From: Mobula hypostoma
Lineage: Eukaryota
Reading direction: 5' to 3'
Assembly: GCF_963921235.1 (NCBI RefSeq)
Contig: NC_086107.1
Location: 114,020,001-114,084,000, forward strand
DNA: 64,000 bases
Position numbers and translations under genes: made by a program. The notes under the pieces were generated by a model. The model was given only the letters and a program-made list of their open reading frames with translations. It was not told the DNA's origin and searched no databases. Below are positions 49,560-61,191 of the stretch, in pieces (the stretch's first letter is position 1; each line of letters opens with the position of its first letter).

Positions 49560-52535
49560 TATATATAATACAAACAAAAGAGGTCCCAACACTGATCCCT
49601 GTGGAACACCATTGGTCACAGACCTATGACCAGAATAAACACCTTCCATAAGACCATAAGATATAGGAGCAGAATTAGGCTATTTGGCTCATCGACTCTA
49701 TTCCACCGGTCCATCGTGTCTGATCCAATTTTCCACTCATCCCCAATCTCCTGCCTTCTCCCTGTGTTCCTTCATGCCCTGACCAATCAAGAATCTATCA
49801 ACCTCTGTCTTAAATATACATACAGACCTGAACTCCACATCTGCCTGTGGCAAAGAATTCCACAGATTCACCACTCTCCGATGGCAGAAATTCCTCCTCA
49901 TCTCTGGTCTTATATTTACTCTGTGATGGTCTTTCACCATTCAATAGGTTTCATTTAGGTCACCCCCTATTCTTCTGAATTCCAGCGAATACAGGCCCAG
50001 AGCCATCCATCGCTCTTCAAATGACAAGCCATTCAATCCTGGAATCATTTTTATGAACCTCATTTGAACCCTCTCCAATTTTAGCACATCCTTTCTAAGC
50101 CAATGGGCCAAAAATTGCTCACAATACACCAAGTGAGGCCTCACTAGTGCTTTATAAAGTTTCACAATACATCCTTGCTTTTATATTCTAGTCCTCTTCA
50201 AATGAATGCTAACATTGCACTTGCCTTCCTCACCACAGGCTCAACCTGCAAATTAACCTTTAGGGACTCCCAAACCCTTTGCACCTCAGATGTTTGTATT
50301 TTCTCCCCATTGAGAAAAAAGTCAACTCTTTCACTTCTTCTACCAAAGTGCATGATCGTATATTTCCCGACACTGTATTCCATCTGCCATTTCTTTGTCC
50401 ATTCTCTTAATCTGTCTAAGTCCTTCAGTAGCCATTCTACTTCCTCAGAACTACCTGCCTTCATATCTATCTTCATATCATCTGCAAATTGTGCAAAAAA
50501 AACATTAATTCCATTATTCAAATCATTGATATATAACAGAAAAAGAACTGGTCCCAACACAGACCCCTGTGGAACACTACGACTCACTGGCAGCCAACCA
50601 AAAAGGCTTCCTTTATTCCTACTCTTTACCTCCTGTTAATCCAAGTACATGACAACAACTGATTCTCCTTTGTCTATCTTGCATGTTATTTTTTCAAAGA
50701 ATTCCAAGAGATTTGCCATACAAGATTTTCCCTTGAGGAAACCATGCTGACTGCTGCCTATTTTGTCATGTGCCTCCAAGTACCCTCAGACCTCATCCTT
50801 AATGATCAACTCCAACATCTACCCCCTCCTGGAATCCAGCACCAACCTGATTTTCCCAATCTACCTGCATATTGAAATCCCCCATGACTATTGTAACATT
50901 GCCCTTTTGGCATGCATTTTCAATCTCCCATTGTAATCTGTAGGCCACATCCATACTACTGTTTGGGGGCCTGTATACAATTCCCATGAGGGTCTCTTTA
51001 TCCTTACAGTCCCTTAGCTCTATCCACAATGAATTAATACCTTCCGACCCTACGTCACCTCTTTCTAATGATTTGATTTCATTTTTCACCAACAGAGCAA
51101 TGTCACCCTCTCTGCCTTCCTGCCTGTTCTTTTGACACAATGTGTGTCCTTGAAGCTTAAGCTCCCAGCTGTAATCTTCTTTCAGCCTTGATTCAGCGAG
51201 CCTACAACATCATAACCACCAATCTGCAGTTGTGCTGCAAGTTCATCCAGCTTATTCCGTATACTGTGCAATTCAAATATAACACCTTCAGTCCTGTATT
51301 CATCCTTTTTGATTTTGTCCACCTTTTATGTTGCAACTCATCCTGTTGTCTGCAATGTTGCCCTATCAACAGCCCCTCCTCACTACACATCGCCACTGTT
51401 TGTAAACCAGCTACCTCATCTTCAGCACTATCATCTGCCTTTCCTACGATACTTTTTGCATTGAAAAATAGGCAGCTCAGAATACTAGTCACACTGTGCA
51501 CAACCTTTTGATCATAACTTTGCCTGAGGTCTTACCAACATCTGCTTTCAAAACCTCTCCACTAACTGTTCTGGCCCTCTGGTTCCCATCCCCCTGCAAC
51601 TCTAGTTTAAACCACACCACGTAGCATTAACAAACCTTCCTACTAGAATATTAGACCCCCTCCAGTTCATTTGAAAACCATCCCTTCCGTACAGATCCCA
51701 CCTTCACTGGAAGAAAAACCAATGATCCAAAAATCTTACCCCCTCGCTCTTAAACCAACTCCTTAGCCATGTATTAAACTGTATAATCTTCCTCGTTCTG
51801 GCTTCAGTAGCACGTGTTATGGGTAGCAATCCTAAGATCACAACTCTAGAGGACCTGCCTTTCAACTTCGCACCTAACTCCCTGAGTATCTGTGCAGAAC
51901 CTCATCACTCGTCCTAATCATGTCATTGGTACCTACATGAACCACAACTTCTGGCTGTTCACAATCCCACTTAAGAATACTGACGACTGGATCTAAGTAT
52001 CCCAAAACCTGGCACCTGGGAGGCAACAAACCATCCAGGAATCTCGTTCTTGCCCATGGAACCTCCTGTCCATTCCCCCAACTAGCAAATCCTCTTTCAC
52101 CACAGCGTTCCTATTCTCCCCCTTTTCCCTCTGAGTCACAGAGTCAGACTCAGTGCCAGAGAACTGACCACTGTGACTTTCCTCTGATATGTCACCACCC
52201 CTGACCCCCGACAGTATCCAAAGTGTATTACCTGTTTTTGAGGGAGATGCCCACAGGGATACCCTGCATTGGCCCCCTTAACCCCTTTCCTCCTCCTGAC
52301 TGTCACCCACTTTCCTGTGTCCCGCACCCTGGGTGTAGCTACCTATCTATCTCCCCTTCAGCCTCCCGGATGATCCGGAGTTCATCCGGTTCCAGATCCA
52401 ACTCCTTAATGCGGATTGTTGGAAGCTGCAGCTGGATGCTCTTCTCACAGTTGTAGTCGTCAGCGACACTGGAGGTCTCCCTGCCTTCTCACCTCCCGCA
52501 AGAGGAGCATTCCACTATCCTACCTGGCATCTGTA
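49560..52535 (-). mobile_element. Degraded CR1 LINE(s) including ORF1 and deleted ORF2
   Basis: ORF1-like [45 protein letters not shown]. Confidence 0.88.
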
Positions 52536-53494
52536 CTGTCCTAGCTGAGCAGATATAAAGATTGCCATCCTTTGCCTTCTAGGGGCAAGCTAATCCTGAA
52601 TCCAAATGACCAAGTCACAGTGGAGACCTCAAAGTTCAAAGTAAATTTATTATCAGAGTACATATGTGTCACCATAGACAACCTTAAGATTCATCTTCTT
52701 ACTGGAATACTCAATAAATCCGGAGAATACCTACATCTTAATCTTCTGAATATCATGAGGGACTTTGGCAAATATCTTACTGAAATCTATTTTGACAACG
52801 TCCACTGCCAACAATCACCATCGCAACCACCTCAAAAGTCACAGTCAACTGACCTGTATTTGTGACTTTCTCCAAACCTACTGTCCGGCCCTCGATATCA
52901 CTGCCATCCAGGGATATTCGGTCCACTGACTGGTGTCTCATGCCTCAGTTCCTTGCAGTTGGTGTTTTGATCTTGCTGTGCACTGACGTGTGGGTGGCCG
53001 GCACAGTCTGTTTATGTTCTCCTCCTCAACTCTCTTTGCAAAGGCCGGGTCTCATGATTCATTGAACTGTGTTTAGACTCTCACCAGCAATCTCACCCCC
53101 AGTGTGGAATCTGTCTGTGGTTTGTCCAAATGTTGATGAACTTACTGTGTGCCCCTCTGAGTGACTGACATTGACTTGGGGGTCCCAGGGTAACAGGGCA
53201 GATCAGGCAGGTCCTGTCCCGGTTGGAGAAGATCAAGCCTACCCTGGTAGGCCTCGGCCTACTCTTGCCTTTTCAACAGGATGTCTGCACTGTTTCCTGC
53301 CCAAGCTCAGCTGGTTTAGTGGTCACAGTCCACCAGGATGGTGTGAGACAAGGTATGAGATTCTCAGTTGGAGAGTGTCAAGGCTGGTTTTTGATGTGAT
53401 AATTCTTTGACCCCAGGTTTTTGTGTCTCACATATACAAGCTGTTTCTGGAGTTGAGACACAATGCAGGGGAGAGGCAGTGAGGTTTTTCAGAT

Positions 53495-54868
53495 CATAAA
53501 ACCATAAGATATAGGAGTGGAATTAGGCCATTTGCCCCATCAAGTCTCTGTCATCATTTCATCATGTCTGATCCAATTTTCCTCTCAGCCCCAATCTCTC
53601 TTGCCTTCTCCGTGTATCCCTTCATGCTCTGACCAAGAATCAAGAATCTATCAATCTCTGTATTAAATATACATAAAGACTTGGTCTCAGCAGCTGCCTT
53701 GGCAAAGAATTCCACAGATTCACCACGCTCTGGCTAAAGAAATTCTTCATCTCCATTCTAAAAGGACATCCCTCTATTCTGAGTCTGTGTCCTCTGGTCT
53801 TAGACTCTCCCACCATAGGAAATGTCCTCTCCACATCCACTCTATCAAGCTCTTTCACCATTCTATAAGTTTCAATGAGGTCACCCCTCATTCTTCTGAA
53901 TTCTAGTGAATACAGGCCCAGAGCCATCAAGCTTTCTTCATATCACAAGCCATTCAATCCTGGAATCATATTTGTGAACCTCCGGAAAAGGCTCCCTTTA
54001 TTCCCAGTCTTTGCCTCCTGCCAGTCAGCCAGAATCTTTCCTCTAATCCCATGGGCTCGGAGCTTGTTAAGTGGCTTCATGTGCGGCACATTGTCAAAGG
54101 CCTCCTGAAAATCCAAGTACACAAATCTGTCAGGCTAGATTTTCCCTCGAGGAAACCATGCTGACTACGGATATTTCCTGAGACCCTCAGACCCCTTAAT
54201 TAATAATCGACTTCAACATTTTCCCAGCCACTGAGGTCTGACTAACTGGCCTATAGTTCCCTTTCTTCTGCTTCTCTCCCTTCTCGAAGAGTGGACTGGC
54301 AACTTTCCAATCTTCCGGAACCATTCCAAGAATCTAGTAAATATTGAAACATCATTACTAATGCCTCCAAGACCTCTTCAGTCACCTCTTTCAGAACCAT
54401 GGGGTGTATATCATCTGGTCCAGGTGACTTATCTACCTTCAGTTCTTTCAGTTTCCCAAAGAACCTTCTTCCTAGTTATGGTAAATTCACACATTCAAGA
54501 CCCTGACACCTGGAACTTCCATCATACTGCTAGTGTCTTCCACAGTGAAGACTGATGCAAAATTCTTATTCAATTCGAGCACCCTTTCAATGTCCGTCAT
54601 TACTACCTCTCCAGCATCGTTTTCCAGCGGTCCGATATTCACTCTCACCTCTCTTTTACACTTTATGTATCTGAAGAAACTTTTGGTATTTTCTCTGATA
54701 TTATTGGCTGGCTTACTTTCATATTCCATCTTTATCTTCTTAATGGCCTTTTTAGTTGCCTTCTGTTGGTTTTAAAAGCTTCCCAATCCTCTAACTTCCC
54801 ATTAATTTTTGCTCTATTATGTGCTCTCTCTTTCGATTTTATGTTGGCTTTGACTTCCCTTGTTATCA
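53495..54868 (-). mobile_element. Degraded CR1 ORF2/3' end fragments
   Basis: LGLYSLEFRRMRGDLIETY, FFRYIKCK..FASVFTVED, cataaga tail. Confidence 0.85.
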
Positions 54869-55537
54869 GGTAGAGACATAGCATTCAAATCTCAAGCAGT
54901 CTCCAGACTGACAGATGACAGGGCTGGATGGAGACACCTCGTCCCCCTCTCACAATCCAGAGAGCTACCAGTATCGGGCCTGGATGTGTTAGGCATTCCT
55001 TCCCTTATCCCTTCCCTCTCCTCCTTCTCCATCTACCATACTCCATTCCTCAACTTACCAACACCCTCCCATCCATCTCTTGTGCTGTCCCGTGATTTCG
55101 ACCCCTCTCCCCTTTCCTCAACATCTAGACACTCCTGCATCTCATCCTCAATTCTCTCTCTCTCTATCTCTCACTGCCTCCCTTTCTCGTCTCCCTGCCT
55201 CTCCATATCCCTCTCTCGCTCTCCCTTCTCTGTCCCTCCCTCTCTCTCCCTTTCTCTCTGCCTCTGTCTCTCACCTTCCCTCTGGCTCTCCTCGTCTCCC
55301 TTCCTCCCTTTCTCCCTCTCCTTCTCCCCGTCCTTTCTCCCCTTCCCTCTCTCTCTCCCTCACCCCACCCTCACCTCTTTCTCCCACTCCCCTCCCTCTC
55401 TCTTTCATCCATTTTACCATTCCATCCATTTTATAAAATGCTGCTTGAAACCAACAACTCTTAGATCCAGCACCTCATCTTCCCCATGTTCCTACCTTTC
55501 TCTCCTTTCCAAACCCACAGTAGGAGGGAGGGGAGAG

Positions 55538-55817
55538 TCACCACAGGGACAGGTCTCGTCTTTAAGCCTCCCATTGTTACTTCTCACTTCCATGATTGAG
55601 GCAGCCCACGAGTGTGAATTCCTCAAGACAGCCCTCCCCTCCTGGCGACATGTTCTGAACCTTAATAAAAGGTCTGTGACTCTCTCAGTAGCTCAGACTC
55701 TGGAGTCAGGGCTGAGACAGACCTCAGCCACAAAGGGACAGCGGGAGGCACAGAGACAGGTCCCAGCTGGAGCAGACCTGGGAGAAGCTGAAAGTTCCTG
55801 GAAGAACAGAGACAGGT
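55538..55817 (+). promoter_or_regulatory. Candidate promoter and non-coding exon 1 of the perforin-like gene
   Basis: Non-repetitive island. TATA-like taataaaa 55663-55670, donor cag|GTAGGC at 55815/55816, STAT site TTCCTGGAA 55795-55803, ETS-like acttcc 55586-55591, T-box-like agtgtgaa 55611-55618, RUNX-like accaca ~55540. A matching acceptor lies at 58476. Confidence 0.45.
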
Positions 55818-56135
55818 AGGCCCACTTCTCTGTCTCAGGGGTAGGAGGGTGTCCATTTGGCAATGCTACCCTAGTGTGGACCGATCCTCTCCCTCCCCTT
55901 CTCTCCATCACTCAACCTCTCTCTCCCCTCTCCGGAATAATCTCCTTCCAATACCTTCCTCGCCTTTCCTCATTAGACCCACAGTCAATGCTGTAAACAC
56001 TGTGACGAGCAATGTTTAAAATGCTCCACTGCCTCACTAACTCACCCATCTCTCCCTCTCTCATATCCAATATTTATTCTCTCTTCCTCTCCCCGTCCCT
56101 CTCCCTCCATTACTCCTTCTCTCTCACGACCTATA

Positions 56136-56915
56136 CACACAGAGAGTGGTGAATCTGTGGAATTCTCTGCCACAGGAAACTGTTGAGGCCAGTTCATTGG
56201 CTATATTTAAGAGGGAGTTAGATATGGTCCTTGTGGCTACGGGGGTCAGGGGGTATGGAGGGAAGGCTGGGGCGGGGTTCTGAGTTGGATGATCAGCCAT
56301 GATCATAATAAATGGTGGTGCAGGCTCGAAGGGCCGAATGGCCTACTCCTGCACCTATTTTCTATGTTTCTATGTTTCCATATCTCTTTCCTCTCTCTCC
56401 CTCTGCATAATTCTCACTTTTCTCTCCCTTTATGCACCTTTTTCTGCTTCTGTTCAAATTTCAAACTGAATAAATCACTGGTGAGGCCTCACGGGGTATG
56501 TGTCAGCAGTTTTGGAATAATGAGGGATGATCACATTGAAGCCTTTGATAAAATGTTTGAAAGACCTCAATAGAGTGGATGTGGAGAGGACGTTTCCTAT
56601 GGTGGGAGAATCTAAGACCAGAGGACACAACCTCAGAATAGACGGACGTCCATTTAGAATGCAGATGAGGAGGAATTTCTTTAGCCAGAGAGTGGTGACT
56701 CTGTGGAATTTGATGCCATAGATGGCTAGGCAGGCCATGTCATTGGGTATATTTAAGACAGGGGTTGATTGATTCTTGATCGGTCAGGGCATGAAGGGAT
56801 ATGAGAAGAAGGCAGGAGATTGGGGCTGAGAGGAAAATCGGATCAGCCATGATGAAATGGTGGAGCAGACTCGATGGACCAAATGGCTTCGTTCTGCTCC
56901 CATATCATATGATCT
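56136..56915 (+). mobile_element. Two CR1 3' ends within the putative 5'-UTR intron
   Basis: 56136-56377 is the reverse complement of the CR1-A 3' end with a (ttctatgt)n tail. 56470-56915 encodes FFSQRVVTLWN. Confidence 0.85.
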
Positions 56916-57044
56916 TAAATTGTATAAATTTATCATAACAGTGCATATGTGTTACCATATACTCCCTTGAGATTTATTTTCCTGCAGGCACTTATAGGGA
57001 AAAAGAAATACAACAGAATTTTACCAAAAAAACATTTTACATGA

Positions 57045-58075
57045 AGATTCTCAGACTCAGAAACTCAGAATCAGGTTTGTTATCGTCGACGTAGAGTGTG
57101 TCATGAAACTTGTTGTTTCTGGCTGCAGTACAGTACAAGACATAAAATATACTGTAAATTACAGTGAGAAATATATATTTAAAAATTACAAATAAATTAT
57201 ATAATAAAATATAATTAAGTTTAAATTGAATTAAACAAAGATTAAAGAACAACCGATGTGCAAAACAAAGTCAAACTGTTCAGCGTAGAGGTGAGTGAAC
57301 CTGTGAGTGAGAGAGCCTGATAATTGAGGAGTATAACTGTTCCTGAACCTGGTGGTGTGGGACCTGAGGTTTCTGTATCTCCTGCCTGATGACAGAGGTG
57401 AAGAGAGAGTATGGTCCAGATGGAGGGGGTCTTTGATGATGGATGCAGCAGCGCTCCATGTAAATGTACACAGTGGTGGGGAGCGATTTGCCTGTGATGG
57501 ACAGGACTGGATCTATTACTTTCTCTCGCTCTCTCTATTTTTCATTTGTCTCCCTGCCCCTCTCTCACCCGCCCTCTGTCTTTCCCTCACCTTCTCTTTC
57601 TCCCCCTCCTCTCTCTCTCCCTCCCTCTCTGTAATTGTATCTCTCCCCGTCGTTTATGCTCAATCATTCAGTCCATCTCTTTCCCAGTCTTTAACACTCT
57701 CCCTCTCCGGTCGAACCATCCGGTCTTTGCTCCATCTGGATCCTGTTATAATCTTACACTAACCTTCTTTACTGCCCACCACAGCACCAATTTTCGTGTC
57801 ACCCACTGATTTATTGTACATAGTCATACTTTACTGATCCCGAGGGAAATTGATTTTCATTACATTTGCCCCAATCAAGAATAGAGTACAAATATAGCAA
57901 TATAAAACCATAAATAATTAGATAGTGATATGTAAATTATGCCAGGAAGTAAGTCCAGGACCAGCCTATTGGCTCAGGGTGTCTGACCCTCCAAGGGAGG
58001 AGTTGTAAAGTTTGATGGCCACAGGCAGGAATGACTTCCTATGACGCTCTGTGTTGCATCTCAGTGGAATATTCT
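57045..58075 (-). mobile_element. Rex1/L2-like LINE 3' ends (~57045-57520 and ~57818-58075)
   Basis: LRCNTERHRKSFLPVAIKLYNSS C-terminal motif, and tails ctgattctgag and tatgactatg. Confidence 0.6.
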
Positions 58076-58521
58076 CATCCAAGCTGATGGTACAAATCAC
58101 AAACAATACTGACCCCTGACCCCTAGAGCACACCACTGACCACAGTCCACTTGGGTCAAGATCTGGTCTGCTGCTTTTGTTAATAAAGTCACTGAATGAA
58201 TCAGCACAGAAACAGGTCATTTGGCCAAAGTTGTCCACGGTCCCATTCTCCTGCATTTGGTCCATATCCCTCTCAGCCTTTCCTACCCACCACATACTTA
58301 TCCAAATGTCACACAGCAAAGACAAAGACACTTGCTTTGTCTACTTCCAATTTCTTTGACACATTCGTGTTAGATGTCGTCATGTCTAATGTCCAACAGA
58401 AGGATGCTCTGCGAAGGGTTGGGTGTGGACGTAGGGCGCAAACCATGTGTAACATCATTTCCTATTCTCATTACAGACCGACTACCCTTCACTGGCCGAG
58501 GGGAGCCCTGTCCATGCTGTG

Positions 58522-60237
58522 ATGGATCCCAGGATGGGAGAGAGAGTGGGGATTTTGCTCTGGGCGCTGCTGTTCCTGGGGGGGGTGGGAGCCATCTGTG
58601 AGACGGGCAGTGCCAGCGAATGCCAAAGTGCGCCCCCGGTACCAGGGTCCAGTCTGGCTGGAGAGGGTTTCGATGTGGTGACACTGTCACGCAAGGGGGC
58701 GTACGTGGTGAACGTGGAGAGTTGGAGTCGTCGGGATGGGGCCTGCACCCTCTGTAGGAACTCACTGATGGGGGGTAGGCGGCAGCGGCTTCCCCTGGCC
58801 TCAGTAGACTGGCGGGCTCTGCGTAATTGTCCCCGGGCTGTTTCCAGTCAGCTCTTCCACTCGCTCTCTGAGCTCATAAAGTCAATCGGCTCCAGTGTGG
58901 ACAACAGCTGGAGCACTGGCCTAAATCTACCCACCCAGCACTCGCAGTCAATCGGTTCCAAATCCAAGCTCATGAATTTTGCCATGCGGAAGGCCAAATC
59001 AGGCTGCTACAGCTTTGCTAAACATGAGTTCCGTTGCCGTCTTTACCGCTACCGCCTGAAGGACCAACCCCCCCTGGCACCCCAGTTCTCTGCCCGTCTG
59101 GACCAGATCACCAACACCTCCTACGAGGGAGCCCGGCACCACTACCGCCAACTAGTGCAGACTTTTGGAACTCACTTCATTCACTCGGTTGATTTGGGTG
59201 GCTCCTTCCAGGGTGTGACAGCCATTCACACCTGCCAAGCTGCTGTGGAGGGCATCACCCCTGAGCAGGTGAAGGACTGCCTGGGGATAGAGGCCAGTTA
59301 TCAGGTGGTGGCGGTGGGCAAGGGCAGAGCTGGCACAGGATTCTGTAAGAAGAAGGCTTGGTCCCTGAACCAGGCCAAAACTTTCCACCAGGCCTTCAAC
59401 GAGAGGCTGACAGAAGCCGCAGGAGGCCATGCCAGTGGTGACACAGACATCCCCTTTTCCTCTGACCCTGCCAGCTTCACCCGATGGCTGAAGAGCCTTG
59501 AGGTCTCACCAGGTATCATAAAATACCACCTGGCCCCTCTCCATCTCCTGCTACCTAGCACTGACCGCCGCCGGGAACAACTAAGGCTCTACCTCAGCGA
59601 GTACATTTTGGCCAACGCCATGAAACGGGACTGCTCCAAAACCACCTGCCCCACTCCTGGGAGCAGAAGCAGATCCGATCCCTGTTCCAGCCAATGTCAG
59701 GAGAGCTTCCAGGTAGACAGTCACTGGTGCCACACGTGGAAGGGCACAGGGCACCTGTTTGTCACTATCAAGAGCGGCTTAGGTCTCTGGGGCGACTATT
59801 TATCTGGCACTGACGGTTTTGTGGTGGTCTCTTACGGTAATGCCAAAGGTCGGACCAGGGTGATAAATAACAACAACAACCCTACCTGGAACACCAGACT
59901 GGACCTGGGGGTGGTGGTTGCCCGCAGCAATGTGAAACTCACCCTGGACGTCTATGATGAAGATATTTTAAGGAACGAGCGTCTGGGGACCTGCAAGGTG
60001 CCTCTGATCTCTGGTGTCAATGATCGTTCCTGCCACCTTAAGCATGGCATGGTCACCTACCAAATTTCCTTCACCTGTGGCCGCAACTTGTCTGGTCGCA
60101 CCTGCCACCAGTGTCGCCGGAGTCCAGGAACCCGTGGGTTCACCGGGCTCCTGAGGACCAACCACTCCTCCCACTCGTCTGACTCCCCCACCGCCCTTCC
60201 TTCAGGGAATGCCCTCCTCAAAGTTATCAACCCCTAA
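58522..60237 (+). CDS. prf1: Perforin-1-like pore-forming protein (signal peptide, MACPF, EGF-like, C2), 571 aa, single coding exon
   Basis: Uninterrupted ORF. Signal peptide ..GILLWALLFLGGVGA|IC. N-terminal VPGSSLAGEGFDVV..DGACTLCRN..QRLPL. MACPF signature FGTHFIHSVDLGG. EGF-like DC..C..DPC. C2 GLWGDYLSGTDGFV..NNNPTW..VYDED..LGTC. C-terminal NHS sequon. First ATG at 58522, alternative ATG at 58534. Orthology versus paralogy is not resolved. Confidence 0.95.
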   Translation: MDPRMGERVGILLWALLFLGGVGAICETGSASECQSAPPVPGSSLAGEGFDVVTLSRKGAYVVNVESWSRRDGACTLCRNSLMGGRRQRLPLASVDWRALRNCPRAVSSQLFHSLSELIKSIGSSVDNSWSTGLNLPTQHSQSIGSKSKLMNFAMRKAKSGCYSFAKHEFRCRLYRYRLKDQPPLAPQFSARLDQITNTSYEGARHHYRQLVQTFGTHFIHSVDLGGSFQGVTAIHTCQAAVEGITPEQVKDCLGIEASYQVVAVGKGRAGTGFCKKKAWSLNQAKTFHQAFNERLTEAAGGHASGDTDIPFSSDPASFTRWLKSLEVSPGIIKYHLAPLHLLLPSTDRRREQLRLYLSEYILANAMKRDCSKTTCPTPGSRSRSDPCSSQCQESFQVDSHWCHTWKGTGHLFVTIKSGLGLWGDYLSGTDGFVVVSYGNAKGRTRVINNNNNPTWNTRLDLGVVVARSNVKLTLDVYDEDILRNERLGTCKVPLISGVNDRSCHLKHGMVTYQISFTCGRNLSGRTCHQCRRSPGTRGFTGLLRTNHSSHSSDSPTALPSGNALLKVINP

Positions 60238-61185
60238 CCCTTGACCTCTCACCAACCTCACTCCCAGGCCCAACGCTGCTTTCCATCCCCCCGGTCCTGC
60301 TATCATACCACCCCTCCCCTCTTTCCCTCTCCCCCGTTCATCATTCCCATTGCCCAGATATTTTCCCCCCTATTCTCCATGACCCTGTACCCATCATCCT
60401 CTGTGTCTCATCAGTCCCATTGCCCTGACCTTTCCCCTCTCGCCCACTCTGGCCCAAGGAACAATTCTCTCCAGGACTCCTTCCTCACATCCATTCCCAT
60501 GATCCTCTGTTGCCAAGGTCACCTTGTCTTCAGTCCAATCTCCCGACCTTTGCACTATCACCCTTAATAGTCCAGGTCACAATATCCCACACTCCCACCA
60601 GTCCCAGGCTCAGCCTCTCAGTGAGAGACCCCACATAACACTGACACTTTCCCAATTCCTCGGATTCTCTGGGCACCAGGAATTCCCAGTGGGAATGGGA
60701 GTCCCGGCTTGCCTGACTGCACCAAGCTTTCAGTCACTGGTGTTTGGGGGCTGGGGAAGGGTACAGGGTGGGAAGGCCATTGAGGAACCAACCACTCTGT
60801 ATTTGTCATATCGCTACTGTATCACCCCAGTGGAAACCCCCCTCACCCGAACAAAGACCTGTGTTGGAGAGAAGGTGCCCAACCAGCTTGCCAAACTGCA
60901 GGCAGCTTAACGGCTTGAGCGTAACGTCATTTACAGATCCACTTGGCCCGTGCGGGAGGTGACTCATAGGCTCCATTTCCCACAATCCGGTTGCTGACAG
61001 GGACCAACTGGAGAGTCTCCGGCTGACCTGTGTCCCAGGACGGGTGGATTGTGTCGGAGCACGAGCATCATCACAGGAACATCGTACGCCTCCCTGTGCA
61101 CGAGAAGCTTTGCAAAGAGCTGCTTTGGAGACAGAAGAGATTGTTTGATTGCCTCTTGCCTTCTTTGTACCACTTGTGTTTTTGC

Positions 61186-61191
61186 AATAAA
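61186..61191 (+). other. Candidate polyadenylation signal for the perforin-like gene
   Basis: First AATAAA seen after the stop (~950 nt 3' UTR), with U-rich sequence upstream and GT-rich sequence downstream. Confidence 0.5.

Noticed and set aside
54860..55819. 319-aa Ser/Leu/Pro-rich ORF as an upstream coding exon
   Set aside because: Open only because of a stop-poor CT tract, with a non-ATG start. The perforin ORF already has its own signal peptide.
59152..60174. Antisense ORFs within perforin and the many ORFs antisense to CR1
   Set aside because: Shadow frames of real coding sequence, with no independent evidence.
60880..60910. Similarity to 417-440 (LSCLQFG translation)
   Set aside because: Only ~20 bp match and the flanks do not align, so it may be chance.
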